Source: Candidatus Poribacteria bacterium
Lineage (GTDB): Bacteria > Poribacteria > WGA-4E > PCPOR2b
Assembly (NCBI GenBank): GCA_965218095.1
Contig: OZ244587.1
Span: 4,864,001 to 4,928,000, forward strand
DNA: 64,000 nt
Reading direction: 5' to 3'
Shown: positions 50,947 to 61,411 of the stretch, piece after piece
How positions within the stretch are numbered: position 1 is the stretch's first letter
Layout of the letters: each line of letters begins with the position of its first letter
Program-made: the position numbers and the translations under genes
The notes under the pieces: model-generated
Database searches by the model: none
What the model was told of the DNA's origin: nothing
What the model saw: only the letters and a program-made list of their open reading frames with translations

Positions 50947-52527
50947 ATGAACAATATGCCGGCGCAACGTGACTTTTTAGCGGGTGGGAGCGTCCAAAGT
51001 GAAAGGCCGAATATCTTGCTGATCATGGCTGATGACTTAGGCTTTTCCGATCTCGGCTGCTATGGCGGAGAGATTCACACGCCGAACCTTGATCGGCTGG
51101 CATACAATGGACTTCGTTTCACGCAGTTCTACAACAACGCAATTTGCACCGCCAGCCGGGCATCTCTGCTGACCGGACTTTACTCCCAACGGGTCGGCTG
51201 CACAAGAATGCAAAACTGCGTCACCGTCGCTGACGCCCTCAAGTCCGTCGGCTATCGCACGCTGATGACAGGGAAGTGGCATTTATCTGGAATTCCTGTC
51301 GAGCGCGGCTTTGACCGCCATTACGGTCTCGTCACCGGGGCCTGTAACCATTTTAATCCGGGGCTGAGACGCCCTGGGGAAAACGCGCCTGGTAAAAAAT
51401 CCCCCGGCGATAATGCACCCTTTGCCATTGACGACCAGATCATCCAGCCTTACACGCCCGAAGACAGAAATTTCTACAGCACCGACGCTTTTACCGATTA
51501 CGCCATCAAATACCTGGATGAGTACCGTCGGGAGGAAGCCCCGTTTTTCCTTTACGTGGCCTATACCGTGCCGCACTATCCGCTGCACGCCTTGCCAAAC
51601 GACATCGCCAAATATCGGGGGAGGTACAAAATCGGTTGGGACGAACTTCGGGAACAACGTTTTGTACGCATGGTCGAGATGGGCTTAATCGAAAAGCAGT
51701 GGAACTTATCGGTGCGCGATCCGGACTCGCTGCCATGGGAGGGGGTCGAGGATAAGGACGCCTGGGACCTGAAAATGGCCGTTTACGCGGCGATGGTCGA
51801 TCGCATGGACCAGGGCATCGGCCGAATTCTGACCAAGATCCGTGAGCTCGGCGTGGAGGAGAACACACTTGTGCTGTTTCTGTCAGACAACGGCGCCAGT
51901 GACGAAGACCGGACCCGTACGCCTGACCTTCCGCCCGGTCCGATGGAGTCGTACCGCACGGTAGACCTGCCCTGGGCGAATCTCAGCAATACGCCTTTCC
52001 GCAAATTCAAGCGATGGAACCACGAAGGCGGAATCGCCACGCCGCTGATCGCTTATTGGCCACGAGTCATTAAAAATGGAGGCGCGATCACCCACCAAAT
52101 GGGTCATCTTATCGACGTGATGTCCACGCAGGTGGCTATCACCGGAGCGGAAGCCCCGGCCTCCTATAATGTCCGCAAGGTTCTATCTTTGGAGGGAAAG
52201 AGCCTGCTGCCAATCTTCGAGGGCGGGCAGCGCGAAGGGCACGAGGCGCTGTATTGGAATCAGGCTGGACTGTGGTGTGCCGTCAGAAAGGGAAAATGGA
52301 AACTGGTCTCTCCAGACTATTGGATAAATTATCGTCCCTGGCGCCTCGACGGAGGGGAAACATCGGCACGTCCAGCGACTTCGGATGCGCAAACGATATG
52401 GGAACTTTACGATATGGAAGCCGACCGGACCGAATCAAATGACCTAGCGGAGCAGCATCCGGATCTTGTGAAAGAAATGGCTGAGATGTATGTCGCTTGG
52501 GAAAGGCATTGTGAAGCGAAGGGTTAG
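50947..52527 (+). CDS. Arylsulfatase (Cys-type)
   Basis: PNILLIMADDLG, CTASRASLLTG, GKWH, PHYPLH, SDNG. Confidence 0.92.
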   Translation: MNNMPAQRDFLAGGSVQSERPNILLIMADDLGFSDLGCYGGEIHTPNLDRLAYNGLRFTQFYNNAICTASRASLLTGLYSQRVGCTRMQNCVTVADALKSVGYRTLMTGKWHLSGIPVERGFDRHYGLVTGACNHFNPGLRRPGENAPGKKSPGDNAPFAIDDQIIQPYTPEDRNFYSTDAFTDYAIKYLDEYRREEAPFFLYVAYTVPHYPLHALPNDIAKYRGRYKIGWDELREQRFVRMVEMGLIEKQWNLSVRDPDSLPWEGVEDKDAWDLKMAVYAAMVDRMDQGIGRILTKIRELGVEENTLVLFLSDNGASDEDRTRTPDLPPGPMESYRTVDLPWANLSNTPFRKFKRWNHEGGIATPLIAYWPRVIKNGGAITHQMGHLIDVMSTQVAITGAEAPASYNVRKVLSLEGKSLLPIFEGGQREGHEALYWNQAGLWCAVRKGKWKLVSPDYWINYRPWRLDGGETSARPATSDAQTIWELYDMEADRTESNDLAEQHPDLVKEMAEMYVAWERHCEAKG

Positions 52528-52670
52528 ACGGTCAGACCTTCCGGCGCTAAAAAGGCGGATTTGTGGCTGTCTGGCACAACGGTCAAACCCGTCCCGTAAC
52601 CGTTCAAAGTTGATTCAATTTCAACCATTAATGTGCTCCCTAACAACCTTGGTTTCATCTTATCTGGATG

Positions 52671-53735
52671 TCAGTTTGATGCCATTACGCCGTCTGCCGA
52701 GGCCTCAAGCGCCTGCAAGACTTCTATCGCCACTTTTGCCTGATCGGTTGTGGGGTCGTGTTTGATGATGCGATTCAGAACCAGTATCGCTTGTGCATCG
52801 CCGTCGCTGGCCAGAGACAACGCTTCGTCAAATCCCTTGTTCAAGTAGCTAAAGTCCCTTGCCACAACAGGTGTCTCTACCCGATCTTTCCAGTAGTATT
52901 TCAGTTCATCAGACTCCCAGTCACGGTACACATCCTCCCAACTGAGTGGACTAAGGCGGGTAAGGTGAGGCATCAACATGTGCTCGGCAATCGGATCGCC
53001 TATCGCCTGATAACGGTTGTCCAGCGAGACGCGCAGCCGGTCCTCCGTTAGATTAGGCAGTGCCTCATGTATGGTCAGCGCCGGAAAGATCAAGGTGTCG
53101 CCAATCTCGTAGTCTGTGGTGTGCCACTCGCCGGAAAGTTCATCGGTGTTGACACGCAAACCGCCAGCGCCCAGCGAAAAGTGGTGTTCTAACACCTTAC
53201 TGACTTTGTGGGACTCCGGCAACACCGCCAGTCCGCCTAACTCGATTGGACAATCGCCGACGGACGCCCAACAGGTATAGGTCTCAAAATTCCCCTGGAA
53301 GTGAACAAAATCCTGGTGCACCGGCGTGGTATGTTCCGTATACTTCGGAAACCAGATGCGGGCGATTTTCTGTGGGTGGGGCAACACCGGTCTGCCAATC
53401 ACCTTTTCCATCATGTCCAGCACTTCAGGCCAGTGACCCGCTCGGTGAAAGGCTTCTAACTTATAGACTTCGTGGTAGACGTCGGTGTACCCCATGTCTC
53501 CCTCAGTACACTGGCGCGAGATGTCGGCGATGCCATCCATCGGATCGGTGCCCGCGACGAGCCAACCGCCCTCCTGGATGACGGTCAACATCTGCCGACG
53601 CAAGTCCCATAGTTTATCGGGGTTCTGGAGTCTCTTGAAAAAGAGATACCCGTCATCCTGAATCCGATGACGCAGTTCCAATGGGTCGTTCATTGCATCG
53701 TTGGACACTCGTAATTCCTTTAATTGCGTTGCCAT
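52671..53735 (-). CDS. PhyH-family dioxygenase, canonical H-x-D
   Basis: TPVHQD, GGLAVLPESH, TIHEA, RVSLDNRY. Confidence 0.88.
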   Translation of the reverse strand: MATQLKELRVSNDAMNDPLELRHRIQDDGYLFFKRLQNPDKLWDLRRQMLTVIQEGGWLVAGTDPMDGIADISRQCTEGDMGYTDVYHEVYKLEAFHRAGHWPEVLDMMEKVIGRPVLPHPQKIARIWFPKYTEHTTPVHQDFVHFQGNFETYTCWASVGDCPIELGGLAVLPESHKVSKVLEHHFSLGAGGLRVNTDELSGEWHTTDYEIGDTLIFPALTIHEALPNLTEDRLRVSLDNRYQAIGDPIAEHMLMPHLTRLSPLSWEDVYRDWESDELKYYWKDRVETPVVARDFSYLNKGFDEALSLASDGDAQAILVLNRIIKHDPTTDQAKVAIEVLQALEASADGVMASN

Positions 53736-53859
53736 TATATGTCTCCTCTCGAAATGAGAATGACTTAGCAAACTTGAATCCGGTGAGTTGTTAAGTGGGT
53801 ATCAACCCGTTTGGTGTAGTGAAATTTTTAATGAATGAACCATTCCGAAAACAAAACCG

Positions 53860-54684
53860 TTAAACTTTCTTGTTGGGCGCCCGAGGTAGGAGTTGCAGCG
53901 GTTGAACAATTTGCCGGCGCTCGGGGGTGAGTCGTTCCAGGAGTTCCGGCGAGGGTTGGTAGCCATAGCGGAAATTGCCCCAGGACGGACCATAGCGATA
54001 GACAACAGTTCGTCGGATACCTGCGTTCACCCGTTTCGCTGAACCGTGTGACAGCCCGTCTACGAAAAGCAGAGCGTCACCGGCTTTGATGTGAAGCTCA
54101 ACAGCCCCTTCTATCCCCTCGACTGTAGCCCCCTTCGCTATTCTGTGTCTTTCGTAGTGCGGGTGTCTAAAATTGGATTTGTGACTGCCGGGGATGATCA
54201 TTGTGCCGCCGTCGCCGAGCCCAATGTCCGTCAGCGCGATGAGGATATCGATCTGTCCGCACATGAACCGCCCGTTGTGATATCGAAACTGGTTGCGATG
54301 GATGGGCGGATACCCCCCAGAGTGCAGCCCGATAGCTTCTCCCGTCCCTCGAAAGTTGGCGAAGTTCTCGTCAATAAATAGAGGACCGTGGTGATAATCG
54401 AATGTCCCTTCTCCCCCAACGAAATATTTCACCTTGTCTATCCATGAGGGGTGATCAATCAGCTTCTCGAAAGGTTCTCCCGCTTCATAGATCTGCTGTA
54501 GGTTGATCCCATCGGTGGCGCCGTACTGGTGCGCATGAATATAATCGTACCACTCTCCGGGTTTCAACGGCGGTATCGCATCGAGGCAGGCATTGAGATC
54601 GGCGACTTCCTCAGGGGTTAACGCATTTGGCAAAACGACATAACCGCGTAAGTCAAAAAGATAGATCTCAAGATCGGATACCAT
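53860..54684 (-). CDS. PhyH-family Fe(II)/2OG enzyme, H-x-G variant
   Basis: YLFDLRGY, GLHSGG, IPGSHK, DGLSHG, RRTVVYRY. Confidence 0.85.
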   Translation of the reverse strand: MVSDLEIYLFDLRGYVVLPNALTPEEVADLNACLDAIPPLKPGEWYDYIHAHQYGATDGINLQQIYEAGEPFEKLIDHPSWIDKVKYFVGGEGTFDYHHGPLFIDENFANFRGTGEAIGLHSGGYPPIHRNQFRYHNGRFMCGQIDILIALTDIGLGDGGTMIIPGSHKSNFRHPHYERHRIAKGATVEGIEGAVELHIKAGDALLFVDGLSHGSAKRVNAGIRRTVVYRYGPSWGNFRYGYQPSPELLERLTPERRQIVQPLQLLPRAPNKKV

Positions 54685-54946
54685 AAGTCCTCCTTTGATT
54701 CGGTGTTCGTTAAACAGAATTTAATCCGCATCCAATTATAATTGCGTGTCAAAGCGGCGTTCCCTGATTTCAAACGGAAATAATCCTGCGCTTTATAAAA
54801 AAACCATTGGATTCCGCACAAACTACAACAGGGTCTCTTATCGGGACGCTACCTTCGGGGCGTAATGTGACGGAAGCTGGCTGTGGAGTGGCTGTAAGTG
54901 ATGGCAAACCCGGATCAAACAGATCTCGTTACGTTTGAGGATACTC

Positions 54947-56011
54947 CTAATCCGGCTTACTTCCCCGACGATTGGTAAGCGAGCGAGGTGTCAGGTCGAA
55001 GAATGTCTCGTGGCCATGGAAAAAGCGATCCAGCTCGTCCACCATCAGCGTGAAGAAATGCGGGTATGCGTCACCAGTAAAGGCGGCAGAGTGTGGGGTC
55101 AGGAATACGTTGGGGAGATGGATAATTTCGCTGTTGGGCGGAATCGGCTCTGGGTCGAACACATCCAATCCAGCGGTGATGTCCCCACGCTTTAACCGCG
55201 CAATGAGTGCCTCAGCGTCGATAATTGCTCCGCGGGAGACGTTCACCAGCGCCACGCCTGATGGAATCAAATCCAGTTCGCGTTGACCAATCATCCCCCG
55301 CGTCTTCGGCGTCAACGGCGCGACGCAGACAATCACGTCACACTGCGACAATAGGTTGTCCAGCGAGGTCTGCAAAAAGCCCACCGCTTCTGCCATCTCC
55401 CGCGGCAGATAGGGGTCGTACACCCAGATATCGACCTCGAAGGGCCGCAGGAACTTGATCAGACGTCGGCCCATGTGCCCACAGCCGATTAACCCAACGC
55501 GCTTGCCTATGAGGCTGCCACCCGCATGTTTGAGCGCCTCCTGGCCCCAGGCGGTCTCACCGGCGATGATGCGGCGGAATTGCGCTCCGGCGTTGCGCAG
55601 CGAAATCAGGATGAGCGCCAGCGCCCACTCCGCCACCGGATAGGAGGATCCATTGGTCGTATCCACCGTGCGGATGCCCCGCTCCCAGGCGGCTTCCAAG
55701 TCAATTCGACTGGCGAAGCGGTCGCCCTCCAGCTCTCCGATGATTTTCAGGTTTGGCGCAGCGTCCATAATCTCGGCGTTTATCGTGGGTGAGCCGTGGC
55801 AGACGACAAGACTGTTGATATCGCCAACGCGCTCGCGTAGTTGCGCTGCTGCATCCGGATCTTCGTTCGCATTGTGGATGCCCCCGCCCTTGCAGGAAAA
55901 CCACTCCCAGTCGGCAAAGGTTTCGAGTCGTTCGATTTCTGCTGGGGGCAGGTAGCCCTCGCGCACATGCTCATCGCAAGCCAGCAGGACTTTAGGACGA
56001 AATGTTGTCAT
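54947..56011 (-). CDS. D-2-hydroxyacid dehydrogenase family protein
   Basis: GLIGCGHMG, VNVSRG, GLDVFDPEP, TPHSA. Confidence 0.9.
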   Translation of the reverse strand: MTTFRPKVLLACDEHVREGYLPPAEIERLETFADWEWFSCKGGGIHNANEDPDAAAQLRERVGDINSLVVCHGSPTINAEIMDAAPNLKIIGELEGDRFASRIDLEAAWERGIRTVDTTNGSSYPVAEWALALILISLRNAGAQFRRIIAGETAWGQEALKHAGGSLIGKRVGLIGCGHMGRRLIKFLRPFEVDIWVYDPYLPREMAEAVGFLQTSLDNLLSQCDVIVCVAPLTPKTRGMIGQRELDLIPSGVALVNVSRGAIIDAEALIARLKRGDITAGLDVFDPEPIPPNSEIIHLPNVFLTPHSAAFTGDAYPHFFTLMVDELDRFFHGHETFFDLTPRSLTNRRGSKPD

Positions 56012-56423
56012 CGCGTATATACCTCCATTATGGTGGTTTTCTTAACTTGTAGTAAGCGTGCAGGGGGTAGGCTAGTTGATGCTTCCCTGTAGAGCGAGCA
56101 TCTCGCTCGTTCCCCAACGACAAGGATTGAACCAGCCAGCGGCAGGCTCTACCGGAACTGACCACATATTTCTGCCATCGTAGGAACGGTTATCAGGCTT
56201 TTCCACTGCGCCTCACCTTTTCAGGAGATTATAAGGGCTTTACCGTCCTGATAAGGATGGCGTTGGTGTCCGAAATGATGAATTTTTCGTCAATGCCCGT
56301 AAACACTGGGTTAATCTGAATTATTAGATAGGCTCTTAGTACAGGTAAGGATAACTTAAAATGGTCGGCGTGTCAATCGGTTTTTGTGATTGGTAGAAAT
56401 TCCCCATAACGAAAATTTTCTCA

Positions 56424-56451
56424 TTGACATTACCATTTGAATTAGTATAAT
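56424..56451 (+). promoter_or_regulatory. sigma70-type promoter
   Basis: TTGACA-16 bp-TATAAT upstream of 56551. Confidence 0.6.
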
Positions 56452-56550
56452 TTGAAAGCCCACTGCTGCAGAGTCAATCGGAAGCTACCAGTTCAACTGT
56501 CAATCCAATTTTGACCGAACATACTTGTAGTTATAGATAGGAGCTAAATT

Positions 56551-57669
56551 ATGAAACAACCTGTAACAATAACAAGAATGATATGCCTCCTGATAGTGGG
56601 TGTGTACTTATTCCTCTTCCTCAGCGTTGATCCGACTATTAATGGGTCAACTGCAGAGGCTGACGACGACAGATCAGCAGAAAACCGAGCCATCGTCCGT
56701 CGCATCTACGAGGAAGTTTTTAACGCTGGAAAGCTGGGCCAGGCAGATACGTTGATTGCGGCTGAATATATCGACCATACCCCACCGGGGCCAGGCGGGA
56801 AATCTGGCATAGAGGGATTCAAGCAAACCGTTAGAGCGTTCCGTTTTGCCTTTCCCGACTTGCGTTTCACAATTGAGGAGGTGATTGCCAAAGGAGACAC
56901 GGTGGTGACTCGTACCACCATGCACGGCACGCACAAGAGCGATTTTATGAGTATCAACGCAACTGGCAAGTGGGTAACGGTGGCAGGGTTCGACACCTAC
57001 CGCATCGCTGACGGGGTAGTTGTGGAACGATGGGGAACCCTTGACGGGATGACACTGATGCAACAAATCGGCGATCTTCCCCCAACGGCCTGGCAATATA
57101 CGCTACTTGGGGTGCTAACCCAAGAAGAACGTAAGCAAATGCTTGACGAAATGAGTAAGGCTTCCCAGGAGAATGTAGACGTCTTCGCAGCAGACCCTCC
57201 CCCGATAATGGATCTTGTTCATTTAGATCAGCTAAAATACCTGTTCCAGGGGGACGACGGTCGGGTCCGCTTGGTTGCGTTGCTTTCCCCCAACTGACCG
57301 AAATGCCGTCGGGGGGTCTCCGAAATCACAAAGATATTCAAAAGAATTCCAGACAACCGGCTCCGTACTTACCTCATCTGGCAGCCGATTCTTAACAGCG
57401 ATGATCGAACTTCAGCAGAAAGGCGCGCCCGTGAATTTTCAGACGAAAGGTTCACCCATCTCTGGGATAGTAATATCTTCACCGGAAACCTTTGGCAGCG
57501 CATTCTTGGTCTCCACAAAATTGCATGGGATGTTTACATGCTGTATGGTGCATACGCTCAGTGGGAGATAGAGCCTCCACCACCGGATCTCTGGTTGCCC
57601 CAGCTCCATAGCACAACACGCGCGCGATTCGAGTTGAAAACAAATCAACTCCTACAACAAATTCAGTAG
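56551..57669 (+). CDS. Predicted selenoprotein: signal/TM segment + SnoaL-like domain + thioredoxin-like UxxC domain (372 aa)
   Basis: TGA at 57295-57297 in RLVALLSPN-U-PKC; frame stays open for 123 more codons to TAG at 57667-69; SECIS-like hairpin follows. Confidence 0.8.
57295..57323 (+). promoter_or_regulatory. Candidate bacterial SECIS element
   Basis: UGA, 11-nt spacer, then hairpin UCGGGGGGUCUCCGA with GGUCU at the apex, as in the E. coli fdhF SECIS. Confidence 0.65.
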
Positions 57670-57803
57670 TTTGCGGAGAATCGCCCACCGTCCGGTGCGG
57701 ATGCGAGGCCAAATCATCCAGCGGAAAACGTCGTGAGGATAAGCGTAACCATAGTGATTCTCAAATCTGCCCTGCGCGATGAGCGCTCTGATGCTTTCCC
57801 CCA

Positions 57804-60239
57804 ATGACTCGCTATTTCCTTTCAATCGCTCTGCTAGCCGGTTCAATCATCGCTTATGAGATTACGTTGATGCGCTTATTTTCAATTGCGCAATGGCACC
57901 ATTTCGCGTACATGATTATCAGCATGGCGCTGCTCGGATTCGGCGCCAGTGGAACGGTGATTTCGATCGCGCAGCATTGGCTGGTACCACGTTTTCATAC
58001 CGTGTACATGATCTCTGGACTCATCTATTCGATCAGCATTGTCGGCTGCTATACGCTGCACCAATATGTTCCGTTCAACCCGTTGAGGCTGGTCTGGCAG
58101 CCGAGCCAAACGTTATCCCTTTTTGCACTGTATCTTATCCTATCCCTCCCCTTTTTCTTTGGTGCAGCGTGCATCGGTATGGCTCTGCTTCAATTCACAG
58201 CAAAAGTCAATCGACTCTACTTTTTTGATCTCTTCGGTTCAGGCCTCGGCGCGCTAGGAATTATCTCCACGATGTACGTGATTCCTCCTGCGCAAAACTT
58301 GACCGTCCTTTCAACGATTGGCTTTTGCAGCATCCTGATTGCCAATTTGGGCAGATTGCGAGAGCTCGTTCTAATCACAGGGATCGCGGGCGCATCTATC
58401 GGCTATTTTTTGTTGAGCCCCATCTCTATAAAAATCTCCCCTTATAAAGGGCTGAGTAGCACACTCAACTTTCCGGATGCGGAAATTCTGAGCGACTCAT
58501 ATAGTCCACTTGGGATGCTGCATGTTGTGCGCAGTGCGTCAATCCGTGCCGCGCCGGGATTAAGTCTGGGGTCACTGCATTTGACGCCGCCGCAGTTGGG
58601 CTTATTTACCGACGCCGACGCGATGACGGCGATTACAAATTTCAGAGGGGATTTGTCGAAACTGGCTTACTTAGCCGACACAACGTCAGCTTTGGCATAT
58701 CACCTCATCGAAGCGCCCCATGTGTTGGTGTTGGGAGCAGGGGGTGGCGGGGATGTCCTCAATGCGCTGTACCACAATGCGGCTTTCGTCGATGCTGTCG
58801 AGTTGAATCCACAAGTAATCGACTTAGTGAAGGAAGAACATGGCGATTTTGCCGGGGGCGTTTACGCGGAAGATTCGATCTATCCGGTCCGGGTTCACAT
58901 TGCAGAAGCGCGCGGATTCGTGAGATCGACAGCGAAGAAGTACGACCTCATCCAGATTGCGCTGCTCGATTCTGTGAGTGCATCCGCTGCGGGGACACAT
59001 GCTTTGAGCGAAAGTTACCTCTATACGGTTGAAGCGATTTCAGACCTCTTTCAACATCTAAATCCTGACGGGATGGTGTCAATCACGCGGTGGTTGAAGG
59101 CGCCGCCACGCGATATGATTCGGCTGTTCGCGACCGCAGTCGAAGCTTTGGAACGGATCGAAGGAGGGGTTCCCGCCCAACAGTTGGCTATGATTCGGGG
59201 ATGGCGAACAGGGACATTACTGATTAAGAACGGACGATTGCACCCGGAGGATGGAGCGGCGATTCAGCGCTTCTGCCATGAGCGTTCTTTCGACACGGCG
59301 TACTACCCCCAGATGTCGGAATCCGAAGCGAACCGTTATAATCAACTGGCGGAACCGATCTACTTTCGCGCTGCACAAGCAATCTTATCCGGTAATCGCA
59401 CGCAATTTTACCGGCAATATCCTTTTGATATTCGGCCAGCGACCGATAACCGCCCATATTTCTTTCAGTTTCTTCGTATCAATTCTCTGATTCAGATGGT
59501 TCGGACAATCGGCAGGAACGCCATCCCGTTCATCGAATGGGGATACCTGCTCCTCATCGCGACGCTGATCCAAGCGGTTTTGGCGGGGCTAATCTTGATC
59601 CTCGCGCCGCTCTTTTTCTTGCGGCATCGTTTGAAGCGTTCAATCAACGAGTCTGATTTCGCCCATTCGCCCATTTGTATATTCGCATATTTTCTGAGTT
59701 TAGGCTTTGGATTCATGTTCATTGAGATGGCGTTTATCCAAAAATTTCTTCTGCTACTTGCCGACCCAACTTATTCTGTTGCGGTTGTGCTTTGTGCCTT
59801 CCTTGTTTTTGCAGGACTCGGCAGCCTTTTCTCTCCCAAACTGACGACTGTCATTGAGAGGGTGGGTCTACTTCCCCGACAACCAAAGCCAATCTCCATT
59901 GCAATCGGGATATTGTCGCTGATCGCCGTTCTTTATATCCAACTACTTCCCCCGATTTTCCGCAGTTTTCTCGCAAGCCCAGATAACCTCAAGATTATCG
60001 TATCAATCGGACTTATTGCACCGCTGGCATTTTTCATGGGCATGCCCTTCCCATTGGGGATAGATTTGCTGCGAAGACGCCATCCGGATCTGATCGCCTG
60101 GGCATGGGGAATTAACGGCTATGCGTCGGTGGTGAGTGTGATTCTCTCGACCTGTCTTGCGATTGCGTTTGGCTTTAACACCGTGATCCTTCTGGCAATC
60201 GGGGTTTACCTTGTTGGTGCATGGATGCTCCCCCGTTAG
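57804..60239 (+). CDS. Polytopic membrane protein with spermidine-synthase-like SAM-binding domain
   Basis: TM blocks at both ends; VLVLGAGGGGD, AVELNP, EARGF, YDLI, ATDNRPYF. Confidence 0.85.
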   Translation: MTRYFLSIALLAGSIIAYEITLMRLFSIAQWHHFAYMIISMALLGFGASGTVISIAQHWLVPRFHTVYMISGLIYSISIVGCYTLHQYVPFNPLRLVWQPSQTLSLFALYLILSLPFFFGAACIGMALLQFTAKVNRLYFFDLFGSGLGALGIISTMYVIPPAQNLTVLSTIGFCSILIANLGRLRELVLITGIAGASIGYFLLSPISIKISPYKGLSSTLNFPDAEILSDSYSPLGMLHVVRSASIRAAPGLSLGSLHLTPPQLGLFTDADAMTAITNFRGDLSKLAYLADTTSALAYHLIEAPHVLVLGAGGGGDVLNALYHNAAFVDAVELNPQVIDLVKEEHGDFAGGVYAEDSIYPVRVHIAEARGFVRSTAKKYDLIQIALLDSVSASAAGTHALSESYLYTVEAISDLFQHLNPDGMVSITRWLKAPPRDMIRLFATAVEALERIEGGVPAQQLAMIRGWRTGTLLIKNGRLHPEDGAAIQRFCHERSFDTAYYPQMSESEANRYNQLAEPIYFRAAQAILSGNRTQFYRQYPFDIRPATDNRPYFFQFLRINSLIQMVRTIGRNAIPFIEWGYLLLIATLIQAVLAGLILILAPLFFLRHRLKRSINESDFAHSPICIFAYFLSLGFGFMFIEMAFIQKFLLLLADPTYSVAVVLCAFLVFAGLGSLFSPKLTTVIERVGLLPRQPKPISIAIGILSLIAVLYIQLLPPIFRSFLASPDNLKIIVSIGLIAPLAFFMGMPFPLGIDLLRRRHPDLIAWAWGINGYASVVSVILSTCLAIAFGFNTVILLAIGVYLVGAWMLPR

Positions 60240-60284
60240 GATGTCGTAAAAAATAGATCTCGCCAATTGATTTGTGGTATAATA

Positions 60285-61260
60285 ACCTTTGGTGCTAGTT
60301 AGAGACTAAATTGAGCAATAGATAAAGGCATAAACCCATCTGCGTCAGCCTCAAAGCCATTCCACTGCACCAAGAGATTAAACAACGCCATCGTGAAAGC
60401 GAGGCGTGTTTTGAAATAGGCCCAACAACGATGCATCACTTTCTTAAAGTGGCACACCACCGTCAACATCGACAAAACAGTTTCTACCAGCATCCGACAA
60501 TTCCATTCCCCTCGTCGGCACAGACGCAAGTTGGAAGGAAACCAATCGACCTTGGCAAACCCTTCATCGGCAAAAACAACCATCTGGTCACAGACCCCAT
60601 CAACAAGATGTTGGAAGCGACTACCGTCGTGCACATTGGCAGTATCACAATCCCAGTCGACAATTAGTCCAAGATGATTGAGCAGCAGACAAAGCTTCCC
60701 CCCCACAATCCAGCGTTGGTTGGATATCCCTTTCCGGCCCATTTGCTGCTCAGAACGACATTCTCGGCGGGGGTGAATCAGTTCGATACCATAAGTGTCA
60801 ATCACGCCGATGAGTGAAGGATTTGCCATGAAAATATCAGTCAGATGTTGATGATTGTTGAACAAGCGAAACAAGCAGGTTCGCTCGGGTAAATTGGGGA
60901 ACCAGGGTTTGTAATTGTTTTCTATCCAGCGGTAGAAGGCTCGGTTGCCAACGCCTTTGAGTGCAAAAAGTAAGGCGAGGGTTACCACTTCAGAGGGATA
61001 GAGATTGGCTTGGGTATGCTTTTGGTTTTTCTGGTGTTGTGTGAGTTTATCATCTACACAACAGAACAATTGTGTGATAAAATCTATAAGGGGCATGAGT
61101 CTGGATTTCCTCCCGTTAATCAAGAATTGTCTAACACTTAGATTAACGGTAGAATCGAGGAAATCGTCTCATGACCTCAATCCAGCGAGGACCAAAGCGA
61201 AGCCAGGGTGTTCTGTTATGCCCATTGACTTCCACCAAATTCCAAACTAGCACCATTGGT
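60285..61260 (-). mobile_element. IS982-family insertion sequence (transposase ORF 60299-61123)
   Basis: LYPSEVVTL, FPNLP.R, IDTY, GGKL, ADEGF, R..VET; TIRs ACC(TT/AA)TGGTGCTAGTT; TAATA on both flanks. Confidence 0.85.
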
Positions 61261-61411
61261 TAATATAAAGGGAGTAGCACTGGGTATCATCTTCTTAAGG
61301 CGGGTGCCGATTGGCGTTTTATTCTGCCGCTTATTCCGTGTTCGCCGGGGAACCGATAAACCGAACACGATGGCTCAACGAGTTGAATTGATCCTTGCAG
61401 GGAGGATAACC

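Noticed and set aside
51145-51159. Sulfatase C-x-A-x-R motif as a novelty
   Set aside because: CxAxR is a known variant of the CxPxR signature.
57275-57571. Separate 98-aa ORF from the track
   Set aside because: Off-frame shadow of the read-through region, which is the more protein-like frame.
61267-61400. yybP-ykoY riboswitch (AAAGGGAGTAGC)
   Set aside because: The 5' motif resembles it, but I cannot find the matching 3' GAGACC-type strand, and pcm is not a typical target.
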